Source: Toensbergia leucococca (taxonomy: Eukaryota). Taken from it: a stretch of DNA of 64,000 nt. Below are positions 50,457 to 60,972 of this stretch, piece after piece (position 1 is the first letter of the stretch; the number at the start of each line of letters is the position of its first letter). The notes beneath the pieces are model-generated. The model was not told the origin of the DNA, ran no database searches, and saw only the letters and a list, made by a program, of their open reading frames with translations. The stretch covers positions 62,001 through 126,000 of the forward strand of contig JALDZS010000018.1 of assembly GCA_022813965.1 (NCBI GenBank). Direction: 5' to 3'. Position numbers and translations under genes: made by a program.

Positions 50457-52640
50457 TCACCGCTGCTGGTCCAGCGTCCAGCGCCTCTTGACTCCAGGCG
50501 GTCTCTCCCCCGCACCAACGACATCAGGCACGGGCGGAGGCGCACCCCAAAGACCGCGCTGATCAGGGATGCAGCCCAGGGATCCGTTTATAGGCGGAGC
50601 GGTCTCTTCAGAGTCTTCGCCGGCAGGCTTGGACTGCGAGGTTCCGTTGGCATTGTCGTGTACATTTCCATTGGAATTGCTATCTTTAGTTCCATTGATT
50701 TTGTTTTCTGGTGCTCCGTTGGCTCTATCTTCCAGAAGTCTGTTGGGAGCATTGTTCAGAGCTAGAGCAGCAAGTTCCGCCGTCTTGCGAAAGTCTTCTT
50801 TCGGGGGTTCGACTGAAGCGGACTTGGCGGCGGGTTTGCTCCATAGTCCTGTCGAGGACCTGGTGATATTCGTAAATACGACAGGAGGTGTATCGTCGAA
50901 GCCGGAACTCGATTTTGGGCGAGCCGCGTCGGGCTCGTCGAGACTGAAGGCTCCGTCGATTTGACTGATCGCAGGGCTGATTTTGGGGGACCCGTATCGG
51001 TGGCGGAAAGAGGAGAAATGAGGTGAAGGGGAGCTAGGGGTGGATTGCTGTTGCGGTGGTGCATGGGGGACGGCGATTGGTTGGGTGTTGGAGCGAAGGT
51101 GCTCGGTCGAGGCGACAAGCTTGACTTCATACTCGTCGGAGGTGCGGAGATCGTTGGAGGAGTGTCGGCGATAGAGAGGTGGGGACTTGGGAGCAGAGGT
51201 TGTGGAGGCTTGAGTCAGGGGCGGTTTGCGGACGGCCATTGTTAGAGAGGCCATGCCTACATCTAAGAGGACGGGTTGGTTGGTAATGGCGCCGATGAGG
51301 GCGTTGCAGCCGGCACCGTGGGTGACGAGGATTAGAACTGTGTCCGTGCCGTCATCGTCCTCTTCTGTTTTGTTTTGTGGTACAGAGGCTCTTCCATGGT
51401 TTTTGCTTGCCTTCTCCTGCATATCATTTCTGCGATACCAGGTAATCATTTTCTGGAAACCGCGTCGAAAGCGTTTATGCATGGAGCTCCACTCTTCTCC
51501 GTAGTCCCCTCCGTCGCCCCATTCCTGAGGTGGCCGCATGCTATCCCACTGATACTCGACATTCACGCATGCGTCCCGCGCATGAGCGACAAGTCCTGGA
51601 GGTATAGGGGCTAAGGGCGATACGGCGTACGTTGGGGTTGGTGGCACATAGCCTCCCCGTTCTGCAATTCCGATGGTCTCAAGCCGGCTCATAGCCTTGG
51701 GGTTTGATTTGCTGCCACTCGCTACCGCCGTACTGTTGTGACTGCTAGCCCGATTACGAGGCGGTAGTGCCTGAGTTAAAGCAGCCAAATTCGACAGAGG
51801 TCCATGGTCATCTATTGCCGTAGGACCACCGAACGCTAACGACCCACTTCCCCAGCCCCCAGGAAAATTGCCTAGGCTTGCGCTACCCCAGGTGGAGTCA
51901 GAATAATCTCCTTGACGTAGCAGATCCGCTTTCGCACTCGCGACCATCATCAACGAGCCAGGTGGTGGGGTGATTGAGTCAAAGTAATCTGGAGAAAGCC
52001 ATTCCCCCAAAAAGGCATCAACGCAGAGGGCTGACTTTGTTATCTGATTCTTTTTGGTCTCCTTTTTCTGAAGCGCCGGTATTGTGTATTCATCATCCTC
52101 GTCGGGTTCTTGAATGGCAGCGAGATATGGGCTGTTTCCATGATCTATGCCATGGAGACGTGGAGATCCAGAGTGCATCTGATGCGGCTCGAGGTTTGGA
52201 GGATGGGTAGCAGATTTGGAAGTGGCTGAATATTGAGCTATGCCAGCACTTATGGCGATGGATGTCTGTATGCATCGTAGGAATGGTGAGGTATGTATGA
52301 TGATTCGGTGTTTCTTTCGTTTGATCCAATGAGGCTTGTGGCCTGCAGCAATGCTCGATCTCCTTACGCCGCCATCTGATGTGTGCAAGTCTTGGGTTGC
52401 TTCCCTCGATTGTAGAATTGCGGCTATTCTTGCGCCCAGTGCTCGAGATTGGGTCCAACCGCCATAAGTCAAGGGAGTATCATAGGGTGTCGGTGAAGTC
52501 AAATGCCACTGCTTGTCAGAAGCATCTAGCCTAGCTCCGTGTCTAAAGAACAATTTAGTAAGCACGTTTTTCTTCAGATGAAGTGGCAAAGTAGGTAGTT
52601 CAAACCTTGCAACAATAACAACGGCAGGAGGCTTCCCCAT
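50457..52640 (-). CDS. Histidine phosphatase / phosphoglycerate mutase superfamily protein
   Basis: MGKPPAVVIVAR|HGARLD (intron 52605-52543), HTSPFLRCIQT, LGEW and LILVTHGAGCNAL. Confidence 0.87.
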   Translation of the reverse strand: MGKPPAVVIVARFELPTLPLHLKKNVLTKLFFRHGARLDASDKQWHLTSPTPYDTPLTYGGWTQSRALGARIAAILQSREATQDLHTSDGGVRRSSIAAGHKPHWIKRKKHRIIIHTSPFLRCIQTSIAISAGIAQYSATSKSATHPPNLEPHQMHSGSPRLHGIDHGNSPYLAAIQEPDEDDEYTIPALQKKETKKNQITKSALCVDAFLGEWLSPDYFDSITPPPGSLMMVASAKADLLRQGDYSDSTWGSASLGNFPGGWGSGSLAFGGPTAIDDHGPLSNLAALTQALPPRNRASSHNSTAVASGSKSNPKAMSRLETIGIAERGGYVPPTPTYAVSPLAPIPPGLVAHARDACVNVEYQWDSMRPPQEWGDGGDYGEEWSSMHKRFRRGFQKMITWYRRNDMQEKASKNHGRASVPQNKTEEDDDGTDTVLILVTHGAGCNALIGAITNQPVLLDVGMASLTMAVRKPPLTQASTTSAPKSPPLYRRHSSNDLRTSDEYEVKLVASTEHLRSNTQPIAVPHAPPQQQSTPSSPSPHFSSFRHRYGSPKISPAISQIDGAFSLDEPDAARPKSSSGFDDTPPVVFTNITRSSTGLWSKPAAKSASVEPPKEDFRKTAELAALALNNAPNRLLEDRANGAPENKINGTKDSNSNGNVHDNANGTSQSKPAGEDSEETAPPINGSLGCIPDQRGLWGAPPPVPDVVGAGERPPGVKRRWTLDQQR

Positions 52641-53692
52641 GACAATGCCCACTAGATTACTCAACAGAAGCACGAAAGATGAATAGCGTGATGAAGCTTG
52701 GCTTCGCCTTTTGGACTTGTCAAGACGTTGACGGCTTTTGTATAAGTCGCTTTGTAAAGGATTGAAGAGTTTTAGTCTCTCTCGTCGAATGTTCGGGCTT
52801 CTCGAGTGCGGAGACGGCTTAAGTCCGGGGTAGTGGTGTTATGGTTTTCGATTTAAATGTCATTAGTGGCGTCACCGTTCCTGGTGGAGATTGGAGAGAC
52901 GTTAATCGTATTTGACGTGGAAGGGAAATAGTCGTGCTCGTACATCTGCAGGCACAAATCACACGATTTAAATGACCTACGTTTCATCAGCCTGGGATGC
53001 ATGCCCATCCATGTGACCTGCAACGAGCCTGTGGACTCGTGGAGTGACAAGTTCTGAGCTTCGGAAGGCGGATATCGACTCCCCCAAGCTTCTCTTTTCT
53101 GGTACGAGTACGGATACAGCTTCAAGTTTACAGGTAGCCCTAATGGTCTACTTGGTCTACTGATTGACCAGGTTCCTGGGCGAGGTACTTCGAATAAGAT
53201 CAATAAGATAAATCTAGTGTCAACACCACAGCCGGCTTAATCCTAAATGCTCTGACACACAGCAGACCAGAAATCACCGTATCTAGTGTTAGATTGTTAG
53301 TGCAAGGATCATTAACGCCACCCAGTTGCGGGTATCATTCTGAGTCATTTTTGCACTTGATCCTCTTGAATTGACTGGAGCTTGGCCGGTCACTGTTGCT
53401 ACGGCCCTCACAAGATGCGGATGATTCTATTTTGCTGGGTGCAGAGCAAAGTATCATACAAGCACTAAATAGGGCCCGCCCTCTACTGCTTACTGTATCG
53501 AAGTCGAATGTGAATGGACAAGTAGATGCCAATGCCCTTGTTCTATCAGCTCTGTATAACTTTCTCTTCTTTTCAATTGTGAGGTTATCTTGCAACTCAC
53601 TCTCCGCTTCCTTCATTCCAGCGAGTAGAGCTCTCTATAACTCCCGTGACTTTTCGTTCGCGCCTACACCTACCATTCTAATCACAGAAAAC

Positions 53693-55530
53693 ATGGTATA
53701 TGGAGGCAGACCTAGCTCAGCTTGTGACACATGTAGAAACAGAAAAGTCAAGGTGAGGAAGCATCTCAGCCCTGATTCGTCCTTTGGTTCAGTTGATAAC
53801 GCTTCATATATAAACAGTGCGATGAAGCCAGACCGTGTTGCTTGCGATGCATCAAAGCAAAACGAGAATGTCTGGGCTACAGAAATGAGTTGGATCTGAT
53901 GTTTCATAATCAGACCATATCAACAAAAAGGCCGTACAGAGCTGCTCAGCCAGTACCGGCCATTTTTCATCCTGAATTGACTAAGATCCATTGCCCATTG
54001 TCCCAAGATCCTGAACTCTTAGCTACTACTTTCTTCTTTACAAAGTTTGCTCTCGCTTCAAGAAAGTCAGACGCATCTCGAGGCTTCCTTCAAGTCTTGC
54101 CATTCTTGTATGCAGGCTCGAACCTACACTCGGCCTTGTCTTCCGCTACCTTAGCAATATCATTTCTTGTCTTTGGTAAGAACCCTAATGGAAAGCCTTA
54201 TCGGCTAAAAGCTCGTTCCAAATACAACGAAGCTTTATTTCGCCTCAAAAAGGCGCTCCAAGACCCGGAGGACGTGATGAAGGACGAAACACTGGTGACG
54301 GTTATGCTGATGAGCCTATTAGAGGTAAACGAATCTACCGCTAGATGGCATCAAAGAGGATGTCGGCAGATGCAGTCCCAAAATCGAAGACTGCAAGCAG
54401 GCATCGGCTAATCTATCTGCTCCCGTCACTAGATCTTTACAGCAACCTCCAAGTCTTTACCGCAGTACGGCGCACATAATGACGGAGCCATTGCATTGAT
54501 TAAATTGCGTGGCAAGGATATGCTGAAGAGCAAAATCTCTACAAATCTTTTCTTCGCCGTTCGTCAATCGATGGTTCGCTTCCACTCTTCTCAGCTACCA
54601 ACAGCGACTTACGGGGACTAGGTTATAAATCATGTTCAGCACTTTGGAAACTCCACCAACTCTTCTGACGGCGGAGACGCCTTGATGCCCTCCTGGATTG
54701 ACATTCCCTTACCTAAGCAGCTGAATGCTTCAGATCGTCTCACACATCTGAATAATCGCATACCACCACTTCGTGCTCTTGCTGATAAATTACTCAACCA
54801 AGCTAAGCATGTCTCGAATACCTCATCCGTCCTGGATTTAATGGGGCATTGCCGTACTATCGAAACAGCCCTTATATCATGGCACGGCAGCCTCCCTGAA
54901 ACTTGGAAATATAGTTCTGTGGTTTACATCAGCCCGTCAATAGACAAAGTTTATTATCAAAGTTTCAGAACTGACCACGGCAGTGTAGATCTATATACTG
55001 ATATCTGGATAGCCAGATCATGGAACTCTTACCGTACTACGCGTATTTTTGTCCAAATAATCAGGCTAGCCTGCATAATTTGGCTTGTGGGTGATACGGT
55101 TCTGCTACCTAGCTTAGGACATGATAGCTCTGAGCCTTGTGGAATATCAGCTTATACTGGGGCGAAGAAAGTTTTACAGCAAATGGTCGACGACATCTGC
55201 GCCAGTGTGCCTTTCCACATGGGATACCTCATTAATTCACAAAAGGGTAGCTCTGGAAAGCTACCTACAGCGGCCTCTACAGGAGACGAAGGCACATTCT
55301 GCGCTGATTCTTTGGGGATTTACTTCCTCTTTTGGCCCCTTTTTGTCGCAAGATCTGTTTATACGACCCCAAAAATACAAAAGAAGTGGATTGATAGCGT
55401 CATGCTCCGGGCGGCAGAGCATTGCGTATTCGATGAAGCGCTGATACCCGCTAAACTCAGCCAGGGATTCCAGTGGCCGTTACTTGAACGGGGTCCTAAA
55501 CTATACCCGGGAGTGGAGAGCTTGAACTAA
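53693..55530 (+). CDS. Zn(II)2Cys6 transcription factor (Fungal_trans_2-like)
   Basis: MVYGGRPSSACDTCRNRKVK|CDEARPCCLRCIKAKRECLGY. Also DETLVTVMLMSLLE, HNDGAIALIKLRG, WNSYRTTRI and VDDICASVPF. Three introns. Confidence 0.88.
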
Positions 55531-56199
55531 AGACTTCAAGGACCAAGGTAGCTAAAACGTACAAAAACTCATAACCCTCCACCCCTACCTCCGAAAAGAA
55601 CCTACCATCCCGATCCCCATGATAATCCAACACCTCTCCGCTCCCAACAGAACCCATCCAGCACCCCACCAGCAAACACACCAGCCAAGACGAACAACCT
55701 CCCGCACACAATCGCTCAACCCACCATCTCCCCCTACAGGCCCCACCATCAACCGCGCCACCACCAACACCACAACGAGTCCCCTCCCACCAACGTCCCC
55801 CTTTGCTAGCGCAAGCGTTGCCGGTCCTGGCACGTCTCAACGCTACAATCCAATTTAGCTTTTGTTGGAAATATTGGAACATGGGGGAGCTGGACTGTGG
55901 GTTGATTCATGAAATAGTTGGTGTTTCTGCAGCTACTGCAATGGGATATTGATATCACCTCTCAAATAGAAAAAGCTGGTGAAATTAGGTAATTTTCAGT
56001 GCTGTTAGATCCTGCGCGCCAGGGTAAAATCAAAACATTCTGTTTTAGAAGAATTGTAGAAATCGAATCAACTTTCCCCACCACAATAACCATTGTATAT
56101 TTTCCACGCATTTCTGATAAATAGCTCAAACAATCCAATCCAATCCAATACAATCAAAATAAAATAAAATACAAAACTCACTTTCCAAGACTCTTGAAA

Positions 56200-56751
56200 G
56201 GGAATTACTAATCCTACACCCCTTTTTGATACATCTACACCCACCCCCCCTAGGGCCCGGGCGCAAGATCACGGAGGGAAAACTCATGATTCCACACCAC
56301 GTTTGCACTTTATTCTCTACCTCTATTGCATGCCAGCTACCTCCTCAATTGCGTGCCATTTAGTAGCAAGCTTTACCTAGGGAATCTTCGCGGTTTCCCA
56401 CCTCATCTTGACTCGATTTCCCACCCAATTCCGACTCAATTTTCGCACCCCATTCTGACTTGATTTCCTGTGAATAACAGAGCATGTCATGATTTTGGAA
56501 TGAGGTAGATAGCTTGCAAAATCATGATGTTTTTGCGCCCGGGGGTGAGGGAATCAAGTCAGAACGTGATACAAAAGCATGGTTTTTCTCCTAGGTAATT
56601 TGGCTTCTAGATGGCACGCAAATGGAACACATGAATGGCTTGTATAGAGGTAGAGAATCAAGTGCGAACGTGGTGTGGAATCATGAGTTTTCCCTCCGTG
56701 ATCTTGCGCCCGGGCCCTAGGATGGGGGGGGGTGGGGGATTAGTAATTCCC
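56200..56751. mobile_element. Non-autonomous foldback element/MITE, copy 2 (Mutator-like termini)
   Basis: Perfect 15-bp terminal inverted repeat gggaattactaatcc/ggattagtaattccc. Inner ~78-bp near-perfect inverted repeat (56249-56326 vs 56644-56721). Flanks ctcttgaaa/ttctagaaa match 7/9. Homologous to 2431-2934, same orientation. Confidence 0.88.
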
Positions 56752-57035
56752 TTCTAGAAAATGTGTGAGTATCAACAGTACCAACCAGTATTTGAAGCGT
56801 CATAGATCCCTAACACAAGCGTACGAGTATACATTCAGAAGCAGAGAGAGAGAGAAAGAACCAGTAAAAAGTACAAAAAAGAAAACCCTCAAAAAGCCCA
56901 AAACACAGAAATCCCTCCTGCACATACATACGCGTAATCCGCAAAACCCCACCATAACCACCACATCGACCACCACAAAAATAACACAAACTCAGACACA
57001 TCCCCACTTTGAAAAAAGAACAACCCCCAACCACC

Positions 57036-60000
57036 TTACCTCCCATTTTGAAAACCCCGATCCCCATACTGGCCCCTCGCATACCCTCCCGGATGATGCC
57101 CATTACTCATCCCCAGATCCCCATAGGCCCCACGCTGCTGCGACCCATTCTGATACCCTCTCGGAGCCCCATACCCATATCCCTGCTGCTGCTGCTGTTG
57201 CTGCGGCGGTGCCTGCCCATTTCCATTTCCATATCCATAACCTCCGCCCTGAGGCGGTGGCGGGCCTCTCCAGTACTCAGCCCCAGCCGGCGGCGGCGGT
57301 GACCACCCTGCCACTGGCTGCGGGGGGTGTGGTGGTTGGGGGCGATAATTCCCGTTGCTACCTGGCGGAGCGAAACCAGGGTTCAAGTGTGCGGCGAAAG
57401 GATTGGGCCGCGTGTCGGCGTAGTTCATCTGGCCGCGACCGCCCCCGCCGCGACCAAAGCCGTGATCGCCTCCCAAAGGTGCGCCGCCGTGGGAGCGGCC
57501 GGAGCGGTTGGCGCGGCCTTTGGTGGCTTCGATATCTGCGCGATTGAGGGCTGGGGGGGAGAATTTGACGCCGTTCAGGAGCATGGACTTGTGGACGTAG
57601 GTGGAGCGGGGCATTTCGTAGTGGACGCTGGGATGACGGTTAGTGGAGGATGGGATGTTTTGACAGAGGTGGAACCTTACCAGATTGAGTGGTCTTCTTC
57701 CAATGTTGGCATGATTCCTTCGCTGAGAGGGAAGATCAGAGAACTCTGGGGTAAGTAGTCGTTGTTCTTTTCGACCTCGCCAGCTAGGCCCTCGCTGGTT
57801 CTCGGATTCAACTTGAGCTTGGGTGAACCCTGGCGTTTCGAGTAAAATTTGGTGGCTATATCATCATACAATGGGTGACGATCTGACATTATTAGTACAT
57901 CCTTTCCAGTGGCATTCCGGGCTGCGTCTTCAGCTGATAACAAAGGATACTTCGTTGCCATACTTGCCAGAAGCCTCTTCTCGTCGATAAAAGGCAAGAT
58001 TGCAACGCCTTGCCAAGCAAATTTCTTGCCATTTAGATCTATTGGGAATTCCTCTGGGTAGAAGTCAAGGATGTCGCTATCCTCGTCAGACATGAGGCTC
58101 CGGAATACCTCTGGAATAGCATGGTTCGATGCCACGGGCAAGACTCCCATGAGCTGCTCGAACGGCTTGAATGGTATCCCTTTATTAAACTTCATCTTCA
58201 TTTTGTCTAGTTCAACAAAGTCTGCGGCGAAGGGGGCATAGTGGTATGGATAGTACCATGTCCAGGACGGACAGCCCTGGAAGTAATACAACAACACCCA
58301 TGCAAGACCTTCAACGTAGGCCCTTGCGACCTTGTTGCGAAAAGCAATATCGTTAGGATCAACGCTGAATTTCTGCTCGTAGTATCTGTCGGCATAACCC
58401 TCTTCCCATAGTCGAACGGTGTCTGGAGGAGGTTCCTCGGAGTCTACCTGGGGTGTATGCGGGCTCTCTGGGGTAGTGTGGCCTAAAGTACTATCGCCAT
58501 CCATTTCAATCAATTCTGCCTTTCTTTTACCGAGGGCTGATGCTGGAGTTGAACCTCCATTTGTTGCACTGATTGAGGCTCCGTTTTGCGCGTCAGAAGC
58601 TGGTGATACAGCAGAAGCGTCTGGAACATCGTCTTTCGGGCCGCCTGCAAGTAATTGGCTTTTCAAAGCCGCCGCAGCACTTTTGTTTGCCATGTTAGCT
58701 CTGAAAATCGCTCCACGATTCATAACCATGTCATAAGTCACAGCCTTGGCCTCTTTCGATACGCGTTCACCGGGAGCAAACAAAGGCAGGTCCGCCGGGG
58801 CTATGACCGGATCCTTTGGTTTTGACCAAGCAGCACTGCCTGGGGTCGGGGAAGAATAATCAGGAGATTTGCGACGTCCGTTGGACCCAGAGCGACTGGC
58901 AGCATTAGGTTGTCGGTTATTATTTCGGTTTTGTTCATCGAGCTTCCTTCTTTTAGCATTGGCATCTTTCCGCTCTTCGGTCTGTCGACGACGCCGAAAA
59001 ATTGCATCTTCCTGTTTGGCTAGACCGTCGAGGATGATTTGAGCCCTTTCCAAGTCAACCTGACCATCCTTGGTCAAGTATCCACCCATCACGGGAACAT
59101 TGTCGCGCCAAATAGCAATCAGCGTATCGATTCCATTTTCTCTGATATCTAGACTTGGTAGATGTGGTAGAAAGTCATTACCAACAAAGAAACACATGAA
59201 AACCCAGTCATCTAACGCCCTTTCCAGATCAAAGCGAAATGGCTGCTGTGGGACATGGAGCTCCGCCTCAAGGTATTCACGTAAGATAGAGACATGTAAC
59301 CAGATAAATGGTTTCAAAGCCACTGCCTTGTCTTTCTCGTCGAAGTCTCCATCTTTTTGTTTTGCTTCGCCCTTACACTCATCGGCTATATGACCTTTTT
59401 GGCCGCATATTCTACATGTGCGCCCTTTGGATTCTTGGAAGAACACATCTTCACGCAGAACCCGGAAATGAGGCTCATGAGTCGCAAGTCCAAGCATGAT
59501 CAAATCAGCATCCTATTAAGTAAATTAGCGGTGTTGGATTTCATGGATAATCGAGACACTTACAAGACCGTACATTACGTGTCGCGTATTGGGGTCATGC
59601 TCGGGCGAGGAGCGCTGAGATCTTATAAACTCCATAATCTTATGCTCACCTTCTCCGGGCACCGATCCATCCGAGATAACTATCTTAATCTATAGACATT
59701 TAGCAAACTCCCATTTCCATATTCATGAGTCAAGTGATACCTTTTCCCAAGCAGGATCCGTGTTGCTTTTGTATGCACACCAGTACTTTAAACTCAGTGC
59801 CAGTATATCCATGAAAGGAGTACCTGGAGTAATGACATTATGATCCCAAGTCTTTTTCTTAATCATAGACGCCGTGTCATCGCTCACGACACCTCCATTC
59901 TGAGATTTCAGCATTTTCAGGAACTCCTCCTTATCTGCGTCTTTCTCCTTTGCTTCTTGTGCCGACCTGAATCGTCGAGAGCGTTGTTGGTTCATCTTCG

Positions 60001-60480
60001 CTCTGGGTGCCACCCCATCTACAGAGAAATAGTCAGCAAACTTCTGTATAGAGACCCCCATATCTATACAAAGGCACTCCCCTTGGTGACTATGAAATCT
60101 TAAGAGACCAGGCAGCCGTCCACAGGGAGATACAGGCGGTGATGGTCCATAAAGGCAGCAGCGGTCCACCTACCAACAGCTATCAACAAAAGCTTTCTTG
60201 GCCGAACCATATTAACAACACGGTCAGTATATTCAAAGATTGCCAGCATCATGTCTTCCTCTGTAGCTGGTGCAGGCCGATCCTCGGGATGAGAGCAAGG
60301 GTGCACGATACCGTTCATGTCCAAGTAGAGATTGTCAAACTCCTCATTATTCGGATTCGGACGACTGATGTCAACAGGGACTTCCTGGCCCTCTATTTCT
60401 GAAGGTCGCTCTTCGATGACGGGTGAAATGATCTTTGGGTACTTCTGCGACAGCCATCGGAAAAGCGCTGGAACACCCAT
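57036..60480 (-). CDS. XRN2: 5'-3' exoribonuclease 2
   Basis: [63 protein letters not shown], zinc knuckle [14 protein letters not shown] and VGNDFLPH. Four introns. Orthologue of yeast RAT1. Confidence 0.97.
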
Positions 60481-60972
60481 CTTTGCGGCAAGACAAGGGA
60501 AGGTGGCGCCGGCAAGGACGTTATCAGAGCGACCCTGTGAATAATAATTACACTGAACTTGAATCAGAGTCGACTAATCGTACATTAGCCAGAGTTGAGT
60601 GTGAACGGAGGCAATATGGGGATGCCGCAAAATGTTGTACATAGGTAGGTAGGTATTGTGTAAGGCTGTAAGCGGCCGGATGTGGAGTAGGTAGTAATCC
60701 ACAAGGCTTAGCTCGTACAAGGGTATCAATACACCATATTCTAGTACGGATACCGCGCTACGACGTACGAATCGCGAGGTGCGTAAAATAAAGAATCTTT
60801 TGTGAACTCATTCAATGAGGCTATGACCACGTCTAAGCAATGGCATTTCTTTCACAATGATCTTGAGCGTGCTATGAGACAGATCTTACCCTGAAAAACC
60901 AGCCCTCGTCACCAGAGATGTGCTGCCAATATACAACTTATACGCGACGGAGAATATGATCGAATTAGCAAA

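Noticed and set aside
56250..56720. Inner TAGGG-ended repeat as a separate nested hAT element
   Set aside because: No direct duplication flanks the inner repeat, and the same position is occupied in copy 1, so it is part of the element's long TIR.
2431..56751. Two MITE copies bracketing ~53 kb as a composite or giant transposon (Starship-like)
   Set aside because: Each copy has its own different flanking duplication, the cargo is core housekeeping genes, and no captain recombinase or transposase is visible.
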